From IMG/VR virus record IMGVR_UViG_2687453424_000001: 64,000 bases of DNA; one strand, 5' to 3'. The notes beneath the pieces were generated by a model. That model searched no databases. It saw only the letters and a program-made list of their open reading frames with translations, and had not been told where the DNA came from. This document shows positions 45,707 through 57,275 of this stretch, piece by piece. Position numbers and translations under genes: made by a program. Source of the DNA: a virus. Lineage: Duplodnaviria > Heunggongvirae > Uroviricota > Caudoviricetes. Each line of letters starts with the position of its first letter. Position 1 is the stretch's first letter.

Positions 45707-47749
45707 GTGGTGACCCCGACGTGATAGCGATGGATGTGAGCCACGTGGTACAGGTACTGGAGGCCCTCGTGCAGCAAGCTGGGTTGCCGAAGGCGATAAA
45801 CTTGGAGCCAGCGGGCCACTGCATCCAATGGTTGCGAGGCCGGGGGGCGGTGGAGGCCCCTGTGGACGTATTAGATACCTCCCGATGGGGACGGATCTGC
45901 CAAGAGCTTTTGGAAGCAGTCTTGGCTGGGGAAAAGAAAGCAGGAGATCTAGGGGAGACGTGGGGTGCCATCAAGAAAGGTGTCTCCGGGAGAGGAGTTG
46001 CAGGAGCAGCTGCGGGACACGGAGGCGCTGCGGGTGGAGGAGCCGCGGGTGCAAGCGCGGGAGCTGTGGAGGAAAGTGCCCCGGGAGGTGCGGCCGGAGC
46101 CCCCGAGCCGCGCGGCCGAGCGGGCAGTGCCGGGGCTGCAGCATGACTGCCAGAAACCGCGGCAAAGGCAACAGCAAAAAACCGGGAAGCGGAGTCTTGT
46201 GAGCCCTGGTAACACTCCCCTTTGTGCGACAGGGCAGGGGACAGGGGGGTTCCCCACAACGAGCGACAGCAACCCTCAAAGCCTACCCTGGGGGAATCCT
46301 CCCTACTAACGACATTGTCTTTATCCTTGGCTACCAGGCTGGAGTGTTTAGTTTGGTTTTGATTTTCTAGAAAAAAAAAAAAAGGTAACCCTTATAGCCT
46401 TTTGAACACGGTGTGTGAGTGCCGTGGTGGACTGTGGACTTGAAACCCCATATACAACTCATTTGATAGTCTCTCTGTGATCCACATGTACTAGAAGTTG
46501 GCAAATATATATCCATGTATATCCATGTTTCTGTTAGCCCTTGGAGAATTTTTATGGATATTGCTGACCACTTCTTCCAATGTAGGCTGGCCACCTGCAT
46601 CGGAATGAGTGTGCATTTTGGTCAGTGTAAAAGCCCAAGGCTCGTGCGATGTGGGGGGGGCAGAGCCTCTGCGGGGACGCCTGCTAAAGTTGAGCCTGCC
46701 GCCTTACACTGCAGTGATGCTGCTTGGAGCTGATTTTTGATTGTCTTCACAGGGTCCTTATGCTACGTTCTGTATGAGGGACCATATAGTGGGAATAATG
46801 ATTGTCTAGGTTTTGTGTTTCAAATATTGTAATTGTATGGAGTGTGCTTGTGGGATCCCATGCGTGTGTGCGTGTGTGTGTGCTGAGGGCGGACAGTGCT
46901 CTATGTATTTTTTGTTGTTGGGTTTGTGTAAAAGTTTTAATGGGTAGCAGATTAACATTTTGGACAAGAAAGGGTTAATGCAAACTGCCGTTGCTGGCAG
47001 GTATTTACTGCTGCTGCTAAGCAGGCAGGCAGCTGTAGCTTCACATTTCTTTCCCATCAGAATGCCTTTGAATCACTTTAACGGGCCTCCTTCTCAGGAG
47101 CTGATAGCGTGGGAGAGGGGGTATGTTTGTGTTCTCCTACCTACAGGTCCATGGCAGCTGCCTGCAAAGTTTGCAAAGCCTTGCCATGAGCTGGACAAAC
47201 AAGTGGAGGAACCCGATGCCTCAGCTACAGAAGCTGACAGTGAATACCCCGAGCAGAATGAGATAGAGGAGAAGAAAAATAAATGATTACAGGACATCAC
47301 TTGAGGGCAACTGAAAAGTAACAACTTGAATATGTGTGCTTGTAACGTAGCTATTATTAGAGGCTGTGATTTTGTGTATAAAACCACTTGTATTTACTAG
47401 CCAGTTGCTAAAGAGAAACTATACCTTGTATTGTGTGCATTTGTTACTTGTAAAAGATGTTAGAGCATGCAAATTTGCAGCAGCTGCTAGAAAATGCTAA
47501 GACAAAAGCTAGAAAGATTCTAATATGATGGTAGTGTTATAAACCAGGTAATGGAACAAATTAAGAGGGTGGAAGAACTCCACTGGTAAGAAAATTCTTT
47601 GGCTAGTTTCTTGCTGCCATCAGCATTTTCAACATGCTGTTGTAACCTGTAATAGTTACTCTGGTAATGTAAATCTGTGTATGCTTTGCCACAGTAGCAA
47701 CTTGTTACTGGATGAAGCAGGTGAAACTCTGCATTGACAACGAGGTACA

Positions 47750-48190
47750 AGAACTGAGGTTGACCAAATGCCTGCTGCCACAGTCAAGGGCAAGACTGGG
47801 TTGGCCTCTGTATTTGCCACCAAGAAGAACCTTTAGCTCTGCTGTTGGCTGCGACCCAGCAGGCGTGGAGCGATGGGGACACATGCCATGCCAGGCCTTG
47901 ATGTGAGGGGATGGCCTCCCCTGTTATCAGAGAGACATCCAGGAGAAAAAGGGCAGACCCAGCAGCCTGTGACTGACCTGTGTTGAAGAAATATGAAAAC
48001 ATGCTAAGATCTTACACATGGTGTATGAGGATGGGCAAGCCTTTTGGCTGGACAATTTGTTAGGTGAATGGGGACTGACAGGTTGGCTGGTTGCTCTAGT
48101 AAAAGGTGGACTAATGGTGTTTATTGTCATTTTAACGATTTTGATTTTGTTGCTGTGTATTTTTAATGTATCCAACGAATGATTATGAGT
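47750..48190 (+). pseudogene. env: ERV env transmembrane-subunit fragment A (membrane anchor and tail; diverged)
   Basis: ..DGQAFWLDNLLGEWGLTGWLVALVKGGLMVFIVILTILILLLCIFNVSNE* resembles the avian retroviral TM membrane-spanning region as I recall it. Confidence 0.5.
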
Positions 48191-48289
48191 GCTACAAAGC
48201 GTGTTTGGCTTGTATAAAAAGAAAAAGGCGGAGATGTGGATGACTTTCTGGCAAAGAACAGCCATGTACCCAGATCAGCAAGTGCCTAC

Positions 48290-48790
48290 GTGGAGTCGGA
48301 CATGAACCAAGGGTCAACAAAAGCTGAAGGAATCCCAGCAAGATAAGAAGGAACTGACAAATGCTACTATGCTTGCACTAAGTGGGCTCTTGACTGATGT
48401 TGATAGTGTTCGTCATGCCACCTTACAAATAGGGCAGCAATCGACTTTTTATTGTTGGCACAGGGGCATGGTTGTGCTGAATTTGAGGGGATGTGCTGCA
48501 TGAATTTGTTAGATCATTTGGAATCAATTTATAAGAGTATACAACAATTGAAAGAGGGGGTTAAATGGCTAACGAAAGATGATGGATGGAGTAGCTATAT
48601 TATGTGTGTTAGTTTTATTTGTATTAGTAGCAAGTTTTATGTTGCGGTGTGTGATATCTATGGTTAAGAAAAATGTAACATCCGTCTGCTTTGCTCAAAA
48701 ACAAAAAGAGGGAATTGTGGAGTGGCTGAGGGACGGTGGATATTTCGTGACCAACCGAGAGGTCAGCCTTAGGAGATGGTGGTTATGAAG
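48290..48790 (+). pseudogene. env: ERV env transmembrane-subunit B (ectodomain with CX6CC motif, membrane anchor, tail), with at least two frameshifts
   Basis: ..[14 protein letters not shown] / [47 protein letters not shown] / [18 protein letters not shown]..; matches ALV gp37 [20 protein letters not shown] from memory. Confidence 0.75.
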
Positions 48791-49189
48791 AATACAGCTG
48801 AACAATGGACATGTGAGCAATCCCAGCTGTTTGGTTTTAGCCAAACTCTGACTTAAGTTGCAAGGTCTGAATTCAAGTTACTCAGGCTGTGAGGCCTAGC
48901 CTTAGGTTACTAAAGGACAGTTACGTGCAGTAGAATAAGGAACTTGGCATTTGCTCAAGGCTAACAAGATGTGGGAGCGGGATGGTGAAACTGCAAGTTA
49001 TGTGAGAAAGGTAGCGAATGGATAATTTTAGCTAGCTTGTTATCTGCTTCAAAATGTGTGGACTGCACTTCTGAGCCAATCACAATCTATATTGGTTACG
49101 TCTAGCCAATAGCAGTTCAATTTCTGGAAGCATATACTGTAGCTACTGTAGCTACTGTGCTACGACAGTGGTCTGTGGACCCCATTGGC

Positions 49190-49900
49190 CATTGAGACTA
49201 CGATGGAATGTGCGCAAGTCCTTTTTCAGGCTTTGTCTGAGCGAGCTGCTGAAATTTGCCCAAATCACTGTAATAGTCATTCGCACATCCCTGGACTCCT
49301 GACTGAAGGTAGCAATAGTGCAGACCGTGTTGCACAAGGTCTGCCAGTTCCTGACTGTTGTGCTCCAGTTTTTATGCGCTATTTACATGTCACGGTTGAT
49401 ACCTGTAGCAGTGTCATTTTGGCTACAGCACAACGCAAGCAAGACGCCAAAGCAGCCATTTTGCATTGGCGCGAGGTCATGGCGATTTTGGGAGTCCCTA
49501 GCCAGATCAAGACCGACAATGGTCCAGCATATTCAAGTCAACTGGTGGCTTCATTTTTATGACAGTGGGGCATTGAGCATAAGACCGGTTGTCCTTATAA
49601 CAGCACTGGCCCAGCTATCGTCGAACGCGCGCACCGGACTCTGAAAGCTCGCCTCGTGTGTCTTGAGGCGGGGGAGACCGTACCCGGAAGAGCTCCCGCA
49701 GTCCGTGTGCGCTGACTTTTACTTTCTGCTCTGACTCGTTTAAATCAATTCTCGCATGGATCAAGTGAACAATCCCCGATGAGCTCGCACTTTGCCTCAC
49801 CTCTAGACAAACCCTCGTATCCACAGGTACGGGTGAAAGATCTGGAAAAGGGCAAGATAGGTCCATTTGCCCTACGTGCTCACGGGTGAGGCTATGCCTG
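49190..49900 (+). pseudogene. pol: ERV pol integrase fragment (zinc-finger remnant, catalytic core, C-terminal region), frameshifted
   Basis: ..ICPNHCNS.., ..YLHVTVDTCSSVILATAQ.., ..ILGVPSQIKTDNGPAYSS.., frameshift, [30 protein letters not shown]; aligns motif-for-motif with ALV integrase from memory. Confidence 0.85.
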
Positions 49901-50371
49901 TGTGGAGGGGGAGACTGGGCTAAGCTGAGCACGGGCAAAATGGTTATTACCGTATTTGTAGCTGTGTCTGTAAGTTTGTATTTGAGCTATGTTTCACAGG
50001 TGGTGATTGGTGCTTGGCTGTATCTGGGAGAGAGTGATGGAAAGAGGTGTGAAATGACATCCATGGCCCTTATGTGTCCAGATGACTTCGCTCACGGATC
50101 CAGTCAAGATGTGCCTTACGAACTTTGTAGCCAGCCGTTGAATACGACATCACTCAGGCCGGAAACACCTGCGTCTAGGTCCCTTTAGGCTGACGCTCTG
50201 TGTTTATTAGTATTAGGATGTTTGTTTCCTTCTTGTTTGATTATGTAATGCGCACTGTGTTTGAATACTTAGTGGCACAAACCTTTCTTACTTAGTTAAT
50301 AAGAGTTATAAGTTGCTTATCTGGAATAGCTGTTAAAACCCTGAGTTTTCTAGTCTTGAGGCGGGGGAGAT

Positions 50372-53300
50372 NNNNNNNNNNNNNNNNNNNNNNNNNNNNN
50401 NNNNNNNNNNNNNNNNNNNNNNNNNNNNNNNNNNNNNNNNNNNNNNNNNNNNNNNNNNNNNNNNNNNNNNNNNNNNNNNNNNNNNNNNNNNNNNNNNNNN
50501 NNNNNNNNNNNNNNNNNNNNNNNNNNNNNNNNNNNNNNNNNNNNNNNNNNNNNNNNNNNNNNNNNNNNNNNNNNNNNNNNNNNNNNNNNNNNNNNNNNNN
50601 NNNNNNNNNNNNNNNNNNNNNNNNNNNNNNNNNNNNNNNNNNNNNNNNNNNNNNNNNNNNNNNNNNNNNNNNNNNNNNNNNNNNNNNNNNNNNNNNNNNN
50701 NNNNNNNNNNNNNNNNNNNNNNNNNNNNNNNNNNNNNNNNNNNNNNNNNNNNNNNNNNNNNNNNNNNNNNNNNNNNNNNNNNNNNNNNNNNNNNNNNNNN
50801 NNNNNNNNNNNNNNNNNNNNNNNNNNNNNNNNNNNNNNNNNNNNNNNNNNNNNNNNNNNNNNNNNNNNNNNNNNNNNNNNNNNNNNNNNNNNNNNNNNNN
50901 NNNNNNNNNNNNNNNNNNNNNNNNNNNNNNNNNNNNNNNNNNNNNNNNNNNNNNNNNNNNNNNNNNNNNNNNNNNNNNNNNNNNNNNNNNNNNNNNNNNN
51001 NNNNNNNNNNNNNNNNNNNNNNNNNNNNNNNNNNNNNNNNNNNNNNNNNNNNNNNNNNNNNNNNNNNNNNNNNNNNNNNNNNNNNNNNNNNNNNNNNNNN
51101 NNNNNNNNNNNNNNNNNNNNNNNNNNNNNNNNNNNNNNNNNNNNNNNNNNNNNNNNNNNNNNNNNNNNNNNNNNNNNNNNNNNNNNNNNNNNNNNNNNNN
51201 NNNNNNNNNNNNNNNNNNNNNNNNNNNNNNNNNNNNNNNNNNNNNNNNNNNNNNNNNNNNNNNNNNNNNNNNNNNNNNNNNNNNNNNNNNNNNNNNNNNN
51301 NNNNNNNNNNNNNNNNNNNNNNNNNNNNNNNNNNNNNNNNNNNNNNNNNNNNNNNNNNNNNNNNNNNNNNNNNNNNNNNNNNNNNNNNNNNNNNNNNNNN
51401 NNNNNNNNNNNNNNNNNNNNNNNNNNNNNNNNNNNNNNNNNNNNNNNNNNNNNNNNNNNNNNNNNNNNNNNNNNNNNNNNNNNNNNNNNNNNNNNNNNNN
51501 NNNNNNNNNNNNNNNNNNNNNNNNNNNNNNNNNNNNNNNNNNNNNNNNNNNNNNNNNNNNNNNNNNNNNNNNNNNNNNNNNNNNNNNNNNNNNNNNNNNN
51601 NNNNNNNNNNNNNNNNNNNNNNNNNNNNNNNNNNNNNNNNNNNNNNNNNNNNNNNNNNNNNNNNNNNNNNNNNNNNNNNNNNNNNNNNNNNNNNNNNNNN
51701 NNNNNNNNNNNNNNNNNNNNNNNNNNNNNNNNNNNNNNNNNNNNNNNNNNNNNNNNNNNNNNNNNNNNNNNNNNNNNNNNNNNNNNNNNNNNNNNNNNNN
51801 NNNNNNNNNNNNNNNNNNNNNNNNNNNNNNNNNNNNNNNNNNNNNNNNNNNNNNNNNNNNNNNNNNNNNNNNNNNNNNNNNNNNNNNNNNNNNNNNNNNN
51901 NNNNNNNNNNNNNNNNNNNNNNNNNNNNNNNNNNNNNNNNNNNNNNNNNNNNNNNNNNNNNNNNNNNNNNNNNNNNNNNNNNNNNNNNNNNNNNNNNNNN
52001 NNNNNNNNNNNNNNNNNNNNNNNNNNNNNNNNNNNNNNNNNNNNNNNNNNNNNNNNNNNNNNNNNNNNNNNNNNNNNNNNNNNNNNNNNNNNNNNNNNNN
52101 NNNNNNNNNNNNNNNNNNNNNNNNNNNNNNNNNNNNNNNNNNNNNNNNNNNNNNNNNNNNNNNNNNNNNNNNNNNNNNNNNNNNNNNNNNNNNNNNNNNN
52201 NNNNNNNNNNNNNNNNNNNNNNNNNNNNNNNNNNNNNNNNNNNNNNNNNNNNNNNNNNNNNNNNNNNNNNNNNNNNNNNNNNNNNNNNNNNNNNNNNNNN
52301 NNNNNNNNNNNNNNNNNNNNNNNNNNNNNNNNNNNNNNNNNNNNNNNNNNNNNNNNNNNNNNNNNNNNNNNNNNNNNNNNNNNNNNNNNNNNNNNNNNNN
52401 NNNNNNNNNNNNNNNNNNNNNNNNNNNNNNNNNNNNNNNNNNNNNNNNNNNNNNNNNNNNNNNNNNNNNNNNNNNNNNNNNNNNNNNNNNNNNNNNNNNN
52501 NNNNNNNNNNNNNNNNNNNNNNNNNNNNNNNNNNNNNNNNNNNNNNNNNNNNNNNNNNNNNNNNNNNNNNNNNNNNNNNNNNNNNNNNNNNNNNNNNNNN
52601 NNNNNNNNNNNNNNNNNNNNNNNNNNNNNNNNNNNNNNNNNNNNNNNNNNNNNNNNNNNNNNNNNNNNNNNNNNNNNNNNNNNNNNNNNNNNNNNNNNNN
52701 NNNNNNNNNNNNNNNNNNNNNNNNNNNNNNNNNNNNNNNNNNNNNNNNNNNNNNNNNNNNNNNNNNNNNNNNNNNNNNNNNNNNNNNNNNNNNNNNNNNN
52801 NNNNNNNNNNNNNNNNNNNNNNNNNNNNNNNNNNNNNNNNNNNNNNNNNNNNNNNNNNNNNNNNNNNNNNNNNNNNNNNNNNNNNNNNNNNNNNNNNNNN
52901 NNNNNNNNNNNNNNNNNNNNNNNNNNNNNNNNNNNNNNNNNNNNNNNNNNNNNNNNNNNNNNNNNNNNNNNNNNNNNNNNNNNNNNNNNNNNNNNNNNNN
53001 NNNNNNNNNNNNNNNNNNNNNNNNNNNNNNNNNNNNNNNNNNNNNNNNNNNNNNNNNNNNNNNNNNNNNNNNNNNNNNNNNNNNNNNNNNNNNNNNNNNN
53101 NNNNNNNNNNNNNNNNNNNNNNNNNNNNNNNNNNNNNNNNNNNNNNNNNNNNNNNNNNNNNNNNNNNNNNNNNNNNNNNNNNNNNNNNNNNNNNNNNNNN
53201 NNNNNNNNNNNNNNNNNNNNNNNNNNNNNNNNNNNNNNNNNNNNNNNNNNNNNNNNNNNNNNNNNNNNNNNNNNNNNNNNNNNNNNNNNNNNNNNNNNNN

Positions 53301-54565
53301 NNNNNNNNNNNNNNNNNNNNNNNNNNNNNNNNNNNNNNNNNNNNNNNNNNNNNNNNNNNNNNNNNNNNNNNNNNNNNNNNNNNNNNNNNNNNNNNNNNNN
53401 NNNNNNNNNNNNNNNNNNNNNNNNNNNNNNNNNNNNNNNNNNNNNNNNNNNNNNNNNNNNNNNNNNNNNNNNNNNNNNNNNNNNNNNNNNNNNNNNNNNN
53501 NNNNNNNNNNNNNNNNNNNNNNNNNNNNNNNNNNNNNNNNNNNNNNNNNNNNNNNNNNNNNNNNNNNNNNNNNNNNNNNNNNNNNNNNNNNNNNNNNNNN
53601 NNNNNNNNNNNNNNNNNNNNNNNNNNNNNNNNNNNNNNNNNNNNNNNNNNNNNNNNNNNNNNNNNNNNNNNNNNNNNNNNNNNNNNNNNNNNNNNNNNNN
53701 NNNNNNNNNNNNNNNNNNNNNNNNNNNNNNNNNNNNNNNNNNNNNNNNNNNNNNNNNNNNNNNNNNNNNNNNNNNNNNNNNNNNNNNNNNNNNNNNNNNN
53801 NNNNNNNNNNNNNNNNNNNNNNNNNNNNNNNNNNNNNNNNNNNNNNNNNNNNNNNNNNNNNNNNNNNNNNNNNNNNNNNNNNNNNNNNNNNNNNNNNNNN
53901 NNNNNNNNNNNNNNNNNNNNNNNNNNNNNNNNNNNNNNNNNNNNNNNNNNNNNNNNNNNNNNNNNNNNNNNNNNNNNNNNNNNNNNNNNNNNNNNNNNNN
54001 NNNNNNNNNNNNNNNNNNNNNNNNNNNNNNNNNNNNNNNNNNNNNNNNNNNNNNNNNNNNNNNNNNNNNNNNNNNNNNNNNNNNNNNNNNNNNNNNNNNN
54101 NNNNNNNNNNNNNNNNNNNNNNNNNNNNNNNNNNNNNNNNNNNNNNNNNNNNNNNNNNNNNNNNNNNNNNNNNNNNNNNNNNNNNNNNNNNNNNNNNNNN
54201 NNNNNNNNNNNNNNNNNNNNNNNNNNNNNNNNNNNNNNNNNNNNNNNNNNNNNNNNNNNNNNNNNNNNNNNNNNNNNNNNNNNNNNNNNNNNNNNNNNNN
54301 NNNNNNNNNNNNNNNNNNNNNNNNNNNNNNNNNNNNNNNNNNNNNNNNNNNNNNNNNNNNNNNNNNNNNNNNNNNNNNNNNNNNNNNNNNNNNNNNNNNN
54401 NNNNNNNNNNNNNNNNNNNNNNNNNNNNNNNNNNNNNNNNNNNNNNNNNNNNNNNNNNNNNNNNNNNNNNNNNNNNNNNNNNNNNNNNNNNNNNNNNNNN
54501 NNNNNNNNNNNNNNNNNNNNNNNNNNNNNNNNNNNNNNNNNNNNNNNNNNNNNNNNNNNNNNNNN
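50372..54565. other. assembly gap (N run)
   Basis: continuous n. Confidence 1.
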
Positions 54566-55204
54566 CTTTTTCCCTTTCCTGGTGCTGGTGGCTGTGTGTG
54601 CTGGCAGAAGCAATGTGGCTCCAAGGACTCAGCTCTGTACCACTGCAGGGGTTTCATGAAGCCGCTCTGCGAAAGCTCCGATACCCACCAGGGCTGTTAG
54701 ATGTAAGAGAGTTTCAGTGTCTGCACTCACAACTATGAAGATTGTGGCTGCAGAGCAGAGCTTCAGCGTGACTCTATCAGGATTTTTGCAGGAGTTTCTC
54801 AGCTGACAAATGCTATTTGAGGTGTAGAAATCCTAATTTTTGTAACTGAACGCGTGGTCAGTATTAGGACAGGAGAGATGAAAGGGCTTAGCAGCCCATG
54901 GATTAGTGCATAGTCTGGAGAGCTGCAGATTCCATCACTCTTGTTCCCAGCTGCCCTGCACTGGTCCTTGTGATGCCCAAAGTATTTCTGCACACACAGA
55001 TAAATTGAGAGAATAAAAGGAGAAAGAATGAGATAAAGAACAACTGGACTCTGGTGCCAGCTAGGGACCTCTGCTGTTGCAAAGGGCAGAACTTCTCCCT
55101 CGCATCCCAGGGTGCAACTGTGATAGACAGAGTAGGACACAGCCCTTGGAAGCAGAAGCAAAGGACTCTGAGTGCAGAGCGCCAACCCCAAGGGAAGGCT
55201 CCGC

Positions 55205-55455
55205 AATAGTCAGGACCCTACAGGAGAGCATCTCTCTGCGTCCCAGGAGCCCAGCCCAGCTCAGCAGCAGAGGCCCAGCCCAAGGTGGCTCTGCCTCTGC
55301 CCGGCTGGGCACCATCCAGGGCTCCCTGGTGCTCCAGGGGAACACCATGGGAAACAGCCTGAAGCAAGCACTGATGTTCCCTCCCTCAGCTGGCAGACAC
55401 ACTGCCTGCCTGCAGTGTCATTTCTCTGATGAGAGACAGAGTTTGGTCTGAACAA
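55205..55455. repeat. duplicated segment, copy 2 (paralogue of 9959-10184)
   Basis: See copy 1. Confidence 0.7.
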
Positions 55456-55660
55456 CAAGATTTTGTAGAATCATGGAACCATTTAGGCTGGAAAAGAACC
55501 TTAAGATCATTGAGTCCAACATTAACCAAACACTGGCAAGTCAACACATTAAGCATGTCCCTTAGAACATGTCTATTAAATACCTCCAGGGTTGATGACA
55601 AAACCACTTCTGCAGGCAGCCTGTTTCTTGTCCCATTATTAGACACCCTCTCACAGTAGA
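55455..55660 (-). mobile_element. CR1 LINE 3'-terminal fragment (paralogue of 10185-10400)
   Basis: Minus ORF ..NGTRNRLPAEVVLSSTLEVFNRHVLRDML..GLNDLKVLFQPK.. Confidence 0.7.
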
Positions 55661-56139
55661 ATGGGGTTTTGCTGAGCATGGCTCTTCCTGTGACCTATTC
55701 AAACTGACCCTAATGGACCAAAAAGAACTTTAATGTTCAAATCACCTCTTTTAAATACACTGAACCAACACATTTTGAGTGGGAAAAGGGACTCTTGTCT
55801 TTAGTCCCAGCAGTAAAACAAACTGAGAACACTAATCAAGAACAATCTTCCATTCAATCCATTCAGTCAACTTCATAGTATCCCAAAGGGAACTGCTCCT
55901 CAGGATGGAGCTGCACAAACCCACTGGCAGAAAACGGCATGCCTACCTACCGGGGTTTGCAGAGGAAGTGAAATTACCTGAAGGACAGACTGAAGTTTCC
56001 AAACTACTGCAGATGCCTGTAAATGCAGAGCCATCAGCGTTACAACAACCTTTCAAACCCTCAACAGGTTTAGAAGCACCTCCCTTCACCAAGGGAGCAC
56101 CAACAGAAAATACCTTGTTCACCGGTGCCTCAGCAAAAG

Positions 56140-57275
56140 GGATCATAGAATCATAGAATCATCCAGGTTGGAAAAGACCTTTAAGCTCTTCCAGTTCAAC
56201 CCTTACCCCAGCACTGCCGAGGCCACCACTAACCCATGGCACTGAGGCCTCGTCTCCATGGAGTGTGAACACTCACAGGGACGGTGACTCCAGCCCTGCC
56301 CTGGGCAGCCTGTTCCAATGCCAGAGCACCCTCTGGGGAAGGAATTGTTCCTCAGCTCCATCTAAACCTGCCCTGGTGCAGCTTGAGGCCGTTTCCTCTT
56401 GTCCCATCCCTTGTTCCTTGGGAGCAGAGCCCAGCCTCTCCTGGCTCCATCCTCCTGTCAGGCAGTTGTAGGGAGCGATCAGGTCCCCCCTGAGCCTTCT
56501 CTTCTCCAGACTGAACCCCCCAGGTCCCTCAGCCGTTCTCCATCACACTGTGCTCCAGGCCCTGCACCAGCTCCGGTGCCCTTCTCTGGCCCCGCTCCAG
56601 CACCTCAATGTCTCTCTTGTTAGTCAGGGACCCAGAGCTGAACACAGGATCCGAGGTGCAGCCTCACCAGTGCCCAGTGCAGGACACAACCACTGCCCTG
56701 GCCCTGCTGCCGCACTGGTGCTGATCCAGGCCAGGATGCTGGTGGCTTCCTGGCTGCCTGGGCACAAGCTGCTCCTGTTCAGCTCCATCAATCAGCACCC
56801 CCAGCTCCTTTCCCATGAGCAGTTTCCAACCGCTCTTCCCCAAGCCTGGAGCATTGCAGGGGGTTGTTGTGGCCCAAGTGCAGGAGCCAGCACTTTGCCT
56901 TCTGGAACCTCATCCCATTGGCCACAGCCCATGGATGCAGCCTGTCCAGATCCCTCTGCAGAGCTTCCTACCCTCCAGCAGATCAATGTTCCCACCTGAT
57001 TTGGTGTCATCTGCAAATTTACACATCCCAGTATGGAGCAGTATGGACCAGTTTGCACCAGTACAGACCAATATAGGCCACTATGGCCCCAGATATTGCT
57101 GGGGTTTCAATATCCCAGTGCTCCCAGTCCCTGCTGCAGGTCTTCTCATTTGCAGCCATGCTCAACTCCCAATCCCTCCCAGTGCTCCCACTACCTGCTG
57201 CAGGTGCTCCCAATCCCTCTCAGTCCTCCCCAGTCCCTCCCAGTGCTCCCAGTCCCTGCCACCGGTGCTCCTTCT
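56140..57275 (-). mobile_element. CR1-like LINE, divergent subfamily, 3' end plus part of ORF2; runs into gap
   Basis: gggatcatagaatcatagaatcatccaggttggaaaagacctttaagctcttccagttcaaccc.. (3' terminus) then CR1-body-like sequence; tail end parallels 10660-11061. Confidence 0.65.

Larger units (their letters stand above)
47750..50371 (+). mobile_element. alpharetrovirus-like ERV-derived region (fragmentary, non-canonical order: env-TM, env-TM, pol-IN, possible env start)
   Basis: See component features; all on plus strand; runs into gap at 50372. Confidence 0.7.

Noticed and set aside
46960-47286. ORF MDKKGLMQTAVAGRYLLLLLSRQ... (108 aa) as an ERV or host gene
   Set aside because: No motif recognised; it sits in AT-richer sequence upstream of env TM A and may be degraded env SU, but I cannot support a call.
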